From positions 62,001-121,210 of the forward strand of contig JYFJ02000586.1 of assembly GCA_000934665.2 (NCBI GenBank): a stretch of 59,210 nucleotides of DNA, written 5' to 3'. How positions within the stretch are numbered: the first letter of the stretch is position 1; each line of letters starts with the position of its first letter. Positions 13,101 to 24,400 of the stretch are shown here, piece by piece. This stretch comes from Catajapyx aquilonaris (lineage: Eukaryota). The notes under the pieces are model-generated. The model was given only the letters and a program-made list of their open reading frames with translations, did not search any database and was not told where the DNA came from. The position numbers and the translations under genes are program-made.

Positions 13101-16100
13101 GTAAGCGGGTGGTATCTGCACCTATCGACAACCATGTCAAAACTGGGCTATTCTACCCATTTGCTGGCTACACTGCCAGATAATTTTGATTGCAATATCC
13201 GCTGATTAGAAGTTGCATTGAATGCAGTCTTCCTATACAAGGCAAAGGCGAATACCCAATTCCAGCTCAAAATTCTAACCCTACTCTAATGGCCCGATTA
13301 GGAAACTCTAAACTGTAGACTGAGAAGCTCAGGTCCCAAAGCCACGCTGCCACCCTCCAATAAGCGAAGAGATCCCGCCGTTGAACTAAATCTCCCGCCA
13401 TTGCTGCTATAGAATTTTTATAACTCTTGAGCAGCCCCGGATACGTATAGTGTGAGTAAGATTGGTCCAAAACTGATCCTGGACCAAATCCGTAATATCC
13501 CAAAACTTTAAAAAAGTTGGGATTAGCGCCAAAAAAAAGTCTTGGGGACGATGCAGGACCCCCCTAGTGTGTCCCAATGTCCACAACTCTCTGACAGACG
13601 GTCGACCGAGTCAATATGCCCACTTTCTCCTTCTCTTCCCCCCCAAATCATTTTCATTAAGGAGAGCTGGGACTGCAAGGAGAGGCGAATACGACTTGAG
13701 ACCTCGTAAAGCACGAGGGCACGTCCACCATCCAAGCTTAATGGCCTGGCAACTAACAAGCCCTACTGCCTTACGAGGCTCTCCACCAGCCTACTAAAGC
13801 CGCTTGGAAGGAACCACAAAAAAGTGTGTGGTAGGACTCAAACTTGTCGTCGGTTCCTTTCGCGGATAATAAGCTGTGGCGGCAGTTTGCCAGATGAGCG
13901 AAGGACACCGTGTCCGTGGTCGCAACTTTGTTGCCAGGCTGAAATTTAAAAAATTGAAGTGACACTCAAAGTTGAGGGTATGCCTGTATGGGTGATAATA
14001 TGGACGTGTAATCTCATTAGCTGCACAGCTGTTCACTAAAGTTGCCTTATTTTCTTCATTGCAGGTGGTGGCCATTGTGTCGGTGTTCTTCATATGCGTG
14101 TCCATTTTGTCCTTCTGCCTAAAGACGCATCCTAATATGCGAGTTCCAGTTATTACCAACGTGACGGTGCTGGGTCTCAACAACAGTAGTGACTGGACGC
14201 TAGACAAAGAAAGGACTGATGCCCACGAGGCCTTTTTTTATGTGGAGTTGGTGTGCAACGTTTGGTTTACTTTCGAGATAACAGTCAGGTTCATAGTCAG
14301 CCCCAACAAGCTGGACTTTATTAGATCCCCAGTCAACATGATAGACTTCATAGCTACTCTCAGCTTCTACACAGACATGCTTCTGCAAACCCTGGCCCAG
14401 AATATGGAAAACGCAGATATCCTCGAGTTCTTCTCCATCATCCGCATACTTCGTCTTTTCAAGCTGACCAGGCACTCACCAGGGCTCAAAATCCTCATCC
14501 ACACCTTCAAGGCCAGCGCCAAGGAGTTGACCCTCCTGGTCTTCTTCCTGGTCCTGGGTATTGTCATCTTCGCCAGTCTGGTCTACTACGCCGAGAGGCT
14601 ACAAGCCAACCCAGAGAACGACTTCAAGAGCATCCCAGAAGGCCTGTGGTGGGCCATCGTCACCATGACCACCGTTGGGTACGGGGACATGGCACCGAAG
14701 ACATACGTGGGGATGTTCGTCGGGGCGCTGTGTGCCCTGGCCGGTGTGCTGACCATCGCCCTGCCCGTGCCAGTCATCGTGTCCAATTTTTCCATGTTCT
14801 ACAGCCACACTCAGGTACGCTGCGGAATTGACGCAGTGTCGCTAACATGTCAACCCCCCGCTGCAGGCGGCCTTTTAATTCCGCTCGCAAATTGACAAAT
14901 CAACGAGAACAGACGCGATAGCTGCCTCATTACTCTTGCTGTACCAGACTCAATTGGTACTTCGTGAGGGTATAGCGATCGCGTCTAAACATTCATGTTC
15001 CGTTGCTGCAAATTATACGTCGCGTCCTGATTTACGTTCACTTAGTATATCAACATTGATTTAGTATTCAGGTGGAATTGATAGCTAAGTCATTTGCGGG
15101 GGCGGATTCATCCCGCGTTCATCATTGCCTCCGTTCCTGTTGACGCCCTAGCGCTCACTATTCATTTCTTGCGCACGAATTCACGTGGCCAAAACGGCGT
15201 TTGTCGATAATAGCGGGTGATAGTGTGGTATGGTATAGTACACCCCTAGATCGGGTGAATCATTAATCACTGCGCGTCGGGTGACATTAAAATAGAAAAC
15301 GAGGCGTAATTTTGCATTTGACATAAATGTGACTACTCATGCTCTTTACGAGATCAATATATTCGAAAATATGACTCCTGGTTGGGTGTTATTGCTGTGA
15401 CAGTTATAATCACCGTTTGAAGAAATTTATCCGTGACAGCCCGATTAATTAACTCCATTGTAGTTGTCAATTGTAATTTTTTTTTTTGAAAATGATTTCT
15501 GGATGAACAAAATAACCAAGTCCTTGGATAAACAGAGTGTCATAACCATCGTGAAATGTACATTTATGAAATATAATATGGGGCATGAATCACACCATCA
15601 ATATCATAAAAATCTACTCATGCTAAAATGGCGATTCTAAATTGCCGAAACGGTTTGACTGATGTGGAATGGTATTTCAGGCCCGCTCCAAGCTGCCAAA
15701 ACGTCGCAGACGAGTCCTTCCAGTGGAGCAGCCCAGGAGAAAGCCCCGGGAGAGAAACGAAGGTGGCGGCGAAGGTGGCGGAGGAGGAGGCAACGGAGGA
15801 GGGGTCCTCAACCGCAGGATGAACGCCATCAAGCATCACCCTGCTTTCCTAAAAGATGCCTTTGGAAATGCCAAGTTAGGTAAGGGATAGCGCTCCTTCC
15901 TTTCCTTGAGATGCTGTATTGTAGCCCAAGTCCTCAGGTGTCAGACCTCACCATGCATGGGCCTGGGCACTTAAAATGTCTCCGGTGTCAAATGGCACCA
16001 GGGGGCATCAAGTGAGCACGCTTTCCCCGTCACTGTCTCAAGATATACCTCTCCTTTTTCTTGCTTCTGTTTTTCTCCCTGTACCCCCTCCGATGCTCAT

Positions 16101-19100
16101 AAAAGTTTATGGACCCAAAGCTTTTTTCCACCTCTTGTATATGGCATGGTCTAAGAGAGTGCTTGGCAGCTAAGACGACCCCCATCACTCCAGGATAAAT
16201 GTCACCGTCACGTTGTCCTGCCACCGTGACTGATAATCTCTCCAAAAGTTCACTGAGTGGGTAGCTAGGCAAAATTATGTTCTATCTCACACATTATTTA
16301 GAATGCTATAATAATTATTAGCTCTCTGCTGCATTAATTTTTTAGTCACAGGGTAACACAAGTAACATAATATTGACTGTACTGAATAGTGAAACAATGC
16401 TGTGAATACATTGCAGTGTACTGTAAATCAATTCGCGGATGACAGTACTTCAAGCTATTAATAGTTAATAATGTTATTTGAGAGCTTTTAAATATTTAAA
16501 CACGCTATATAATTTGGTCAAATATTGAACATTAAATACACTGTACGTATATCTGTATTCATTCAAGTACAATATTTGACAATAGAACATTTTACCAGCC
16601 AAGTTCCTGCCAACACAATTAAGTTATTGCTCTTAAGCCAGTATGCACAAACATGTATCTAAATAAAAAGTACAGTGCACCTATGCAATGGGTAATTAAA
16701 TAATTCACATTGATGGTTAAATATTACAAATTACACCTCAACCGTACTTGTGACTAACATTTTCAATAACTGTTTCACAAAGAAAGAAATGAAGGAAATG
16801 AAGGTATTGCCTACGTTGAAACCTCCAACAATGGTTCTGAGTTAAAAAGTGATGGATTACTCGCTCCAGTTGCTCATGCGCACTACATTTTCGCTCCATT
16901 GGCGGAGGCTGTTGGAGGTGTCAATGTTGACAGGGGATACCATCTTGCACTGTACATTGCACCTTCATTTTAAAAAACAGCAGAATAATTATGAATATTA
17001 TGCGCAGAATTATATATTTGGCCATGCAATTAATAGAAATAATAACAATCCATTTCCAGGTAGGTCTATATAGATTCTCACAATCAGTATTGCATGCCCA
17101 GAGGAGAAAATGACAATGCCCTGCCTTTGAAGGACGGGATACTACAAAGATTTGTTGCACTGAATTTGAATATGGTAATTTGGGACATCTGGCGAAGGAG
17201 GAAATGTGATTTATCTCTTACAACACCACTATTGATTGGCCATCTAGTGGTATGTACTGTACATAGTCCTACCCCGTTTCTACCTAATGAAGCAATGCTT
17301 AAAAAAGGCAAGGGTGCCAATACACTACACTTTTATTCTCGGTGGGAGGTAACGGAAATACAGTAAAAACCCAAAATTAACCAAAGTCGTGTTATCTTGC
17401 AGAATCGAAAGGGATCTCTGGTAAATAAACAACTTATGGTAAATCTATTCCAACACATCAGTAATTAAGTAAACACACTCGGGGTAGCGACTGTCAGCAA
17501 CTATGTCAGCAATACAAGATTGGCTGATGTACCTCCAATAAAACATTCAAGCACCCTCCACTTCTAGAGACTCCATCGGTTTATTCCATAAAAATCTGGA
17601 GAGCGCACTGGGCTAGTATAAATCCAATGGGAGGCGGGTATGAATAGCGCAGAAGCAGAGCCACCCCAGACAGGCCTGTTCAATTATTCAGAAGCACGTC
17701 TGATTTGAGCAACAAAGGATGCTGCTGCTGCTGCTGCGACTGTTTCATCCTTGGAGTGGGAGGCCTGGAAATGGCGGGGGCGCAGACCATGGGAGTTACT
17801 CTATGGGGGGGAAGTGGGGTCGGTCATCTGCTGCAATTTGATGCTCTCCGACGCCAGCAGCAAAAACCTCATGTCCTTTGTGCTTCTGGGGGGAAGGGGG
17901 TTTGGTCTGCTGGCCTTGGGTGTCCCGCCTTCCGTCCCAATTGGCGAGGACATCTCTGGAATTGCTCGCTCTTCATCTCCATGGAGATGCTGGTCCTCTT
18001 GCAGCCAGATAATGAAGGTTGTAGGACTCCCAAAAGACACCGGAATGCTAATGATGATGGTCACCATTATGGTGATGATGATTGCGACCCTATTTCACTC
18101 CGTGGTTCACTGGACAAAACCCCCCTTCCTTCCGTCCTTCCCTCGAGGACCCCTCCTAATGCTCCCGACCTCTCCACGTGCACGCAGAGGCCTAAGATTC
18201 GTCAATGTAGCGGTCGGGGAAAAGGATCCCGAGGCGATATTCTCACTGCGACTGCTGATTTTCCCGTGGGAGTGACCATCGCTTTATCGAGCTTGCTCAC
18301 TCGCGACGTGTCAAAGACATCCTGAGCCCTTATCATGGGAATGCAACCTCAGGATTTATTGCTGGACCGTATTTTTGCGAGCGAATTGTAGTTATTCTGA
18401 ATCACACTAGGCCAGTAGGATGTAACAGTATACGCACCAATGCGGTACAGTACAAAAATACTAAGAAAATCGGTTTCTCGTTAGGGTTTGTCTTTGTATT
18501 TTCAGAAAGCTCAAGATGTGGATGGAAAATAGGAAATCAGTATTGATCATTAAACTATAGCAGTAGTGGTGCTTCTGCTCTTATTCATGACTGTAGCAGC
18601 CCAGTGCAGTCAAATTACTTTGGTGTGAGGAGCACATAAAACCAGTCCATAGCAGATCAACTATCAACAGAGTCAATCTTCGTTGTGCAACATGTTCGAG
18701 TTAGACGGTCTGTACTGAATTGGTCGGACCGTCTATTTCACTGAAATGGTTACATCTTGTTAAATTATTTTCATAAAACACATAAAGACATTATTTACGC
18801 ACGAATTGAGGTAAACAGCCATGCTCATATGGTGCCGGGCCTTGAAAGAAAAGTTGGTTCAATAAGGTGAAGCTCAAATTATGCCTCTTTGACCATGCTC
18901 ATATCAGAAGTGTAATTTAGGTGGAAGTTTTTGTTTTACTGCAATAATGTAGTCTAATTTATTGGAAGTTGTTTAAGACTGTAGAGTGCATGAGTTAATA
19001 TAGTCGACTTCTAGTTCAGTGTTACATATGTTACTTTGTTTTTAAAGTTTTATTTCTGGTTACCTATACGTACTGTACATTGTAGATGTTTCCCTGCTCA

Positions 19101-21445
19101 ATGCTGTATAATTTTGAAGTGTAGGAAGGTTATGTATGTGTGGTGCACTCCAAAAGCTCCAAGATAGAGGGAATAAGCAGGGATGGAAAAAGTACCGCTT
19201 CCTTCCAAGAAGCGCTTCTTTTTTCCATGTGCAGGGATAGAAAAAGAACCGCTTACCGCCCAAAGAAGCGGTTCTTTTTCCATCCCTGGGAATAAGCAAT
19301 GGATTGTTAAGCGTATCTCAACAAGTTGCAAGAGAAAAAAATATACTGCAAGCAACAATCGGGGTCACATTCACTTGTTGTGGCGGTAAACAATCCATAA
19401 CTTCGTCCCTTGAACGCACAACCCTTTCTCAAACCTAATGCATGTACAGCTTTCTATGCTTTTTTTAAAAAAATTGCTAAGAGATGTACGATTGCGAGCA
19501 AAAAGATTCTTAAAAACAACTTTAATAGTCGAGGCAAATCATCAGTGTTCTACGACACCGATATAGGAATTCTAAAGAAATTCTCGAGCAGTAGACCGAA
19601 TCATTTTGCTGGCAATAAGATCGTATATATATACATGGTAACAAGTGCATTCATGCTGCGCCTCTTAAAAACAGCTATTCAATTATTTGCAGCGCTTGTA
19701 TCAACCTTCTTTCGCTGTGTTTAAATAGTGGAAAATATTGGCTCTAAGGCGACGCAGCGAAGTGCAGACGAGCATGAACTCTCCCCGCCTTTGCATTTAC
19801 ACGCTTTGAAAACCCTTTCAAATTAAGGTCCGCAATAAATACCATGCACAAAACAGAAGGTTGACTGCAAGACGAGTATGGGAGCCCAAGTGGGTTTTAG
19901 CACAAACTGATCCGGCTGGTTAGAAGCGTCGGTTCAGTGAGTCTCCTTGTGTAGTTTAGTGGTCCTGGGAATTTGTGTACCGCCACTGACATCTTGGCCC
20001 CCACAGGCTGCAAAGCTTGCAATTACGCACAGTTTGAATCCGACTTTCTCGCACGCCGCCAAAGCGAGGTGGTGCCTTCTGGGAGGCGTTAATCCAAAGC
20101 CCCTAATAGTGGGGGTTAATAATGCATGGAAAAGGAGGCACGTTCGAAATTGCAGCTCAGCTGTTGCAGTCACCTGGTAGCGCGCCTAATTAGTGGTCCC
20201 CGCACTAAAACATCAAGGAAACCCATCCTGCGCTCCCAAACTTGCATTAGTGCTCTATCCCCCCCCCCCACATCAGCTTGTATGTCGCTTCTAGCCGTAA
20301 CCTATACTTTGATTGAACCCAAGTTTCGGCAGGTCTGGTGTCGACCCTGTCAGGCAACATAAACGGGGTCAACGCGCTGGGTCTGGCTGCCCAGGGGCCA
20401 TCATCGGTGTCATCTGTGGCCACCATCCACCCACTCCAGGCTCGTCCACCCACCGCCTCATACGACCTAGGCTACTCCTACACAGCACCCCTGCAGGCTA
20501 GGCCACCCATAAGTCAGTATCAAATTGCGCGCCCCTCACTGCCATATATTAAACAATTTTGTTATATCCAGTTAGCGACAGTGTTCCGATGAGCGTTACG
20601 ACGCAATCGCAGCGACGCTCTGGGTCGGGGAGCATCAGCAGCGTCGTTCAGGCCCTGCCGTCGTCGGCGCCACGACTCGAACCACGTGCAGCCATCATTG
20701 CCTGCCCCGACTACATTGCCCCTCTGCTGGTGAGGCACACAACTTGTTTTACCCCCGAAACTCTTTCGGAGGCGACACTAAATAACGTCAACGTGTGACA
20801 AAGATTAATGGCAGTTTTTGGAGAATGTGACTTTGTAATACCGCCTACAAGCTCTGAAGTAATGATTTATGAAGCTTGTCGTATCAAATGACTAATCTCG
20901 CTGGTCGGAGGTGCGGATTGCATTTACAAGGGAGTTTCTGAAGGCAGAGGAGAATCGCTTCGATCCTCCCTGAAATTAGTGGAGTAGTGTAGGATGGAAA
21001 ATAAATTTTGCTACAATTTCATAGACTGGCATTGAAATATTTTCATTTAATATATAAATTGCTAGGAAAAATTGCATTACTTATTGTCAACACTGTCTGG
21101 CAACCGAACTGACCTAGCTCACTATAACTATTTCTAGCCTCGCCCCCCAATTCTGGGTATCTTTCTGGCCGGAGACTGCGAGCAACGAACCGACTCCAAA
21201 GCCGAGGAGCCGTGTGCAGCCGCCCTTCCTCTCGTCCAAACACGTAAGATCAGATAGTACCACCCACTCTGAGTGTACGTAAATCTGCATAATCATCGTG
21301 CTATAATTGTATGGCTCCATCAGGTGAGGAAGGGTGCTGCGTCGCGGAGGCGTCGCGAGGAGGAGCCGTGCAAGAGACGAGCCTGACGCCCTCGACGCAG
21401 CCGTCGTCTTCGGCTGAAGGGCCTGGCAGCACGTGTCACACGTAA
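988..21445 (+). CDS. Shawl: Shaw-like (Kv3 family) voltage-gated potassium channel alpha subunit, 9 coding exons, ~666 aa
   Basis: Spliced exons give T1 domain ([13 protein letters not shown]...; HX5CX20CC Zn motif), S1-S6, S4 [12 protein letters not shown], selectivity filter [10 protein letters not shown]6 PVPVIV and post-S6 [16 protein letters not shown]. All joins are GT-AG and phase-consistent; total 2001 nt. The MDGENRIIL start and the NAIK...FLKDAFG.AK.G.N.NGVN..GL tail resemble Drosophila Shawl more than Shaw (from memory). Confidence 0.9.
5504..5682. repeat. Nested fold-back palindrome (possibly MITE-derived) in intron 1
   Basis: 51-bp inverted arms 5511-5561 / 5580-5630 (4 mismatches, 18-nt loop). 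Overlapping perfect 38-bp arms 5606-5643 / 5645-5682 (1-nt centre). 16-bp self-palindrome cagacgaattcgtctg occurs twice. Outer ends gggagta...tactccc. Confidence 0.92.
5951..6083 (+). CDS. Shawl: Shaw-like exon 2 (T1 domain, Zn-binding HX5CX20CC)
   Basis: Acceptor tatag ends 5950; (R)[44 protein letters not shown]; donor GTGAGT at 6084. Confidence 0.97.
8247..8426 (+). CDS. Shawl: Shaw-like exon 3 (T1-S1 linker)
   Basis: Acceptor cttttcag ends 8246; [31 protein letters not shown]...[22 protein letters not shown] (60 codons); donor GTGGGC at 8427. Confidence 0.96.
14065..14814 (+). CDS. Shawl: Shaw-like exon 4 (entire transmembrane core S1-S6 and pore)
   Basis: Acceptor ttcttcattgcag ends 14064; 250 codons [13 protein letters not shown]...[21 protein letters not shown]...[17 protein letters not shown]; donor GTACGC at 14815. 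Confidence 0.98.
15681..15879 (+). CDS. Shawl: Shaw-like exon 5 (proximal C-terminus, Gly-rich linker)
   Basis: Acceptor tatttcag ends 15680; [24 protein letters not shown]...[22 protein letters not shown](G); phase-1 donor G|GTAAGG at 15880. Confidence 0.95.
19178..19288. mobile_element. 111-bp hAT-type MITE in intron 5
   Basis: TIRs CAGGGATGGAAAAAG / CTTTTTCCATCCCTG (15 bp perfect, 23 of 24 bp matching). Exact 8-bp TSD GGAATAAG at 19170-19177 and 19289-19296. CAGGG termini with an 8-bp TSD are typical of hAT elements. Confidence 0.88.
20354..20512 (+). CDS. Shawl: Shaw-like exon 6 (C-terminal tail); alternative in-frame acceptor would start it at 20333
   Basis: Phase-1 acceptor ccctgtcag ends 20353; (G)[17 protein letters not shown]...PLQARPPI continues the Shawl-like tail; phase-1 donor A|GTCAGT at 20513. 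Confidence 0.78.
20572..20729 (+). CDS. Shawl: Shaw-like exon 7 (Ser-rich tail)
   Basis: Follows a 59-nt GT-AG intron (acceptor ttttgttatatccag); [25 protein letters not shown]...CPDYIAPLL; phase-0 donor CTG|GTGAGG at 20730; GC-rich like the other exons. Confidence 0.65.
21138..21243 (+). CDS. Shawl: Shaw-like exon 8 (tail)
   Basis: Acceptor tatttctag ends 21137; phase-0 open frame [35 protein letters not shown]; donor C|GTAAGA at 21244. Confidence 0.62.
21324..21445 (+). CDS. Shawl: Shaw-like exon 9 (terminal coding exon)
   Basis: 80-nt intron, acceptor ctccatcag ends 21323; phase-1 (R)[39 protein letters not shown], stop TAA at 21443-21445. Confidence 0.6.
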
Positions 21446-24400
21446 CACACGGCGCAACATCTCCTCTCGACCTCTTGTCATCCGCTGTGGCCTTTGACAT
21501 GTTCAGTCTCTCAGTGGAATACCTGCTCGTCAACCCTTTCCTTTTTACCCTCGCTTGCAAAGTCTCTTGGAAATTTATCGTCTCTTGTTTTATCTCGACC
21601 ATCCAGTCTGTTAGGTGTCAAAGAGTGTACTGGAAAGCTCGTACTTGTCTCTCACGCTCGTGGCACTCGCTTGCGACAAATACTTATTCGTTATATATGG
21701 CAACCTGGGAACGTTCCAGCCCTTTCTATTATTTATTGTAGGTGGGTGTCTACGCGGCTGCGTATGTTGTAAATTATGTAACTATACATGTACTACGTGA
21801 CACAGAAAGATGTACGGACTTTCCAGGTCTGCATTTTATTACGTGATCCCGACACCTCAAATAATGGTTTCAATTGCGAATGTGCTACTGGCATCTAGAT
21901 ATTGAGTCTCCAACGCTAGTCCATTAAACTCGATTTGAAAATTTTTGATGGGTTCTAAGTCATACCCGTGAAAAGTATGACAAAGGACCTATCCTAATAT
22001 TTTATGTCGTATACGTTATGTGCATTAAGATACGATGCTGATTATTGCGTATCTAAGTTAGTGAGATATGTTGTGGGGGAATGACAACTGCCATACTGAA
22101 ATCGACGGAAGGTTTAACAAGTGCCAAACACTTAATCAGCTATTACCTCGTGGATTATACGAGCAATCAATTTTGACGTATCCCATTCAAGGTCTTAGGC
22201 ACGGTACAGTACAAGGTCCAAACACAATTATCGCCATAATAGATCGCAAATGTTATTGACAAGGGAACAACACAAATACCTCTCTCTGAAATTCAAATGA
22301 GGTGCGTCAAAATTGATAGTTTCTGTCTAATCTACGTGTTGTAATACCAGCTCTAGGCATTTACGTAGTCGTAATAGACTCCGCCGCATCGGCAGAATAA
22401 CGTAGCGCGTAGGAGAGCGTCAACCGCGGCAAACTTCGAGATGACTGAGGAAAGCAGAGTAACACCTACTGTAGAATGGGACACACTTTCCCAATTTATA
22501 ACGTTCAACATGGCATCAAACATGTTTATGTACTCTCAAGACATTTCATACGTTTCTACGTCATATTGAAAGGATGTTTACAAGTCTAAGAGGCTAATTC
22601 ACTGTACAGCATGTAGAATCAAAAAAGCAGTGTCATTTCGCAGTAGGCAACGCGTTTACTTGCCGATTCTTCCAGTTTAGGGCAATTATCCAGAGTATAT
22701 CGCGCCATTAGGCAAAAAGCAAGCTACAAGCTCCCACCCTGTGCCCCATGGAAAGAAAGCATGAAAATAATGTACTTAAAATTGCCTTTTGCCTCCTCTT
22801 TCGACGATAGCAGGAATACCCCCCCACCAAGTGCATATTTTAAACTTTCCAGTATTTTACTATGAATCGAATTCTTGGTAATAATTATAATGTTACTCGT
22901 TACTCATCTCAGCTGGGACGTGTTTCACATGTGGTTCTATACTATTTTTCATTTTGGACGGGGGGTGGGGAGGGTGGGGAGATGCTGTGAAGCGGGCTTT
23001 TGAAAGGCTTTAGCAGGCGCTCGCATGCTGAGCCACCAGCATTTAACTGAGTTAAAAGGATGTGGTGAAAAGTGCGCGGCAATGCCAACATTACCTTTAT
23101 TTGCGTCTCTCTGAAGTCACTTTTTGCCTGTTCTATACTGTGTTGTGTGGGTGTTGTTGCTCGAAGAGAAAAAAAAAATCATCAACCTCGCAATTAGATC
23201 AACAACTTGTAATCATTATCAGCGTGAAACAATTTGGAATGCGTCATTTTTTGGAATTTTAAACTTTTAAGTGTAAACAAAATAGTCATCAGTACTTCAG
23301 CAAAGGCTCATATTTTTTGCACTTTGCAAGCCATGATTGTGAACGACTGATTAAAAGAAGCACTAAAAAGCAAAGCATGATAATTTTTCAGCCCGGAGTA
23401 ATGTTTTCCAGAAGATATACTGTAAGTGAATGGCCCAACAGAATAAGAGGCGTAGTCCAATTAAATACACTTGAAATTACAGCTAATTTTTCGTTTTAGG
23501 CTTATACGAATATGCGGTATCAAAAACTTTTAAGGCAGCTATCGACTCAAATTTATGTAAAATTTTATATTACTTGTTGCGACCAATCGCACTTTTTCTT
23601 TAAATATCAGTTCAAAAATTTTGAATTACTCACTTCCGACATTTTAATATCCAGTTGGATTAAGCCTCTTGTTCTCCAGGGTCATTCGCACACACCTGAC
23701 ATGGTTAAAAGCAGCATTCAAATGTCAGGCAGCTGTCACCGACCACCAAATAACGCAGAATTCTGAAGAAATTATCTACGAATTCCATATAAAAATTTTG
23801 TGCTTCATTTCAGAGGAGAGTGCCTGCAAAGGTATTTCAAATACACAAATTATTTTTGTGACACGTGGTTAACGGTTATGTGGACTATGTACCACCGAAA
23901 AAAACTGATATTTTGGAAAAATACACGATTAAAAATAAATCGAATCGTAATTTCCTTGCAGCCTATGGATGAATTAGTGTATCCAAGTTCACACTGTACC
24001 GCATAACATACAAAAAAAAAACATCTACAGCACAGACACTTCATAAGATGATGACAGCCACTTGGCTGTATGAATATTTTATTGTTGTTGAAGTACGCGT
24101 ATAACTGGCCCACTGGCTTCTATTTACGTATCAACATGTATTCATACATACGGGACATAATATTCAAAAATGAGGTCAAAAGTACTCCCCTTTTTAGTCA
24201 GACTTCACAGTGAAAAAATTAACTGGACTGTATTATGTATAGTTACATTTTGGGACCTACGTAACTTCCAGCAATGAAAATAGCACCATATTTGAAAAAG
24301 CTTCGAGGAAACAGAAATAAAAGATCCGAGTCGTATAGCGCTCTTGTATAATGCTGAATTGCTAATACTGCACTTTTTTTCTTTTTCTTTTTTTTGGGAG

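Noticed and set aside
13260..13830. Possible homology between this intronic block and the 25.8-26.3 kb block (gtcgaccgagt 11-mer; RVAAW vs RVAVW)
   Set aside because: The two similarities imply opposite relative orientations and are short; consistent with chance.
14200..14831. Antisense and alternate-frame ORFs over exon 4 (also over exons 1-3 and 5)
   Set aside because: Shadow ORFs caused by GC-rich codon usage in the channel exons.
14740..14900. A-to-I editing structure at the S6 Ile (ATC 14755-14757) equivalent to the Kv1.1/Shab I/V site
   Set aside because: The codon is present, but I found no convincing complementary sequence in the exon or adjacent intron.
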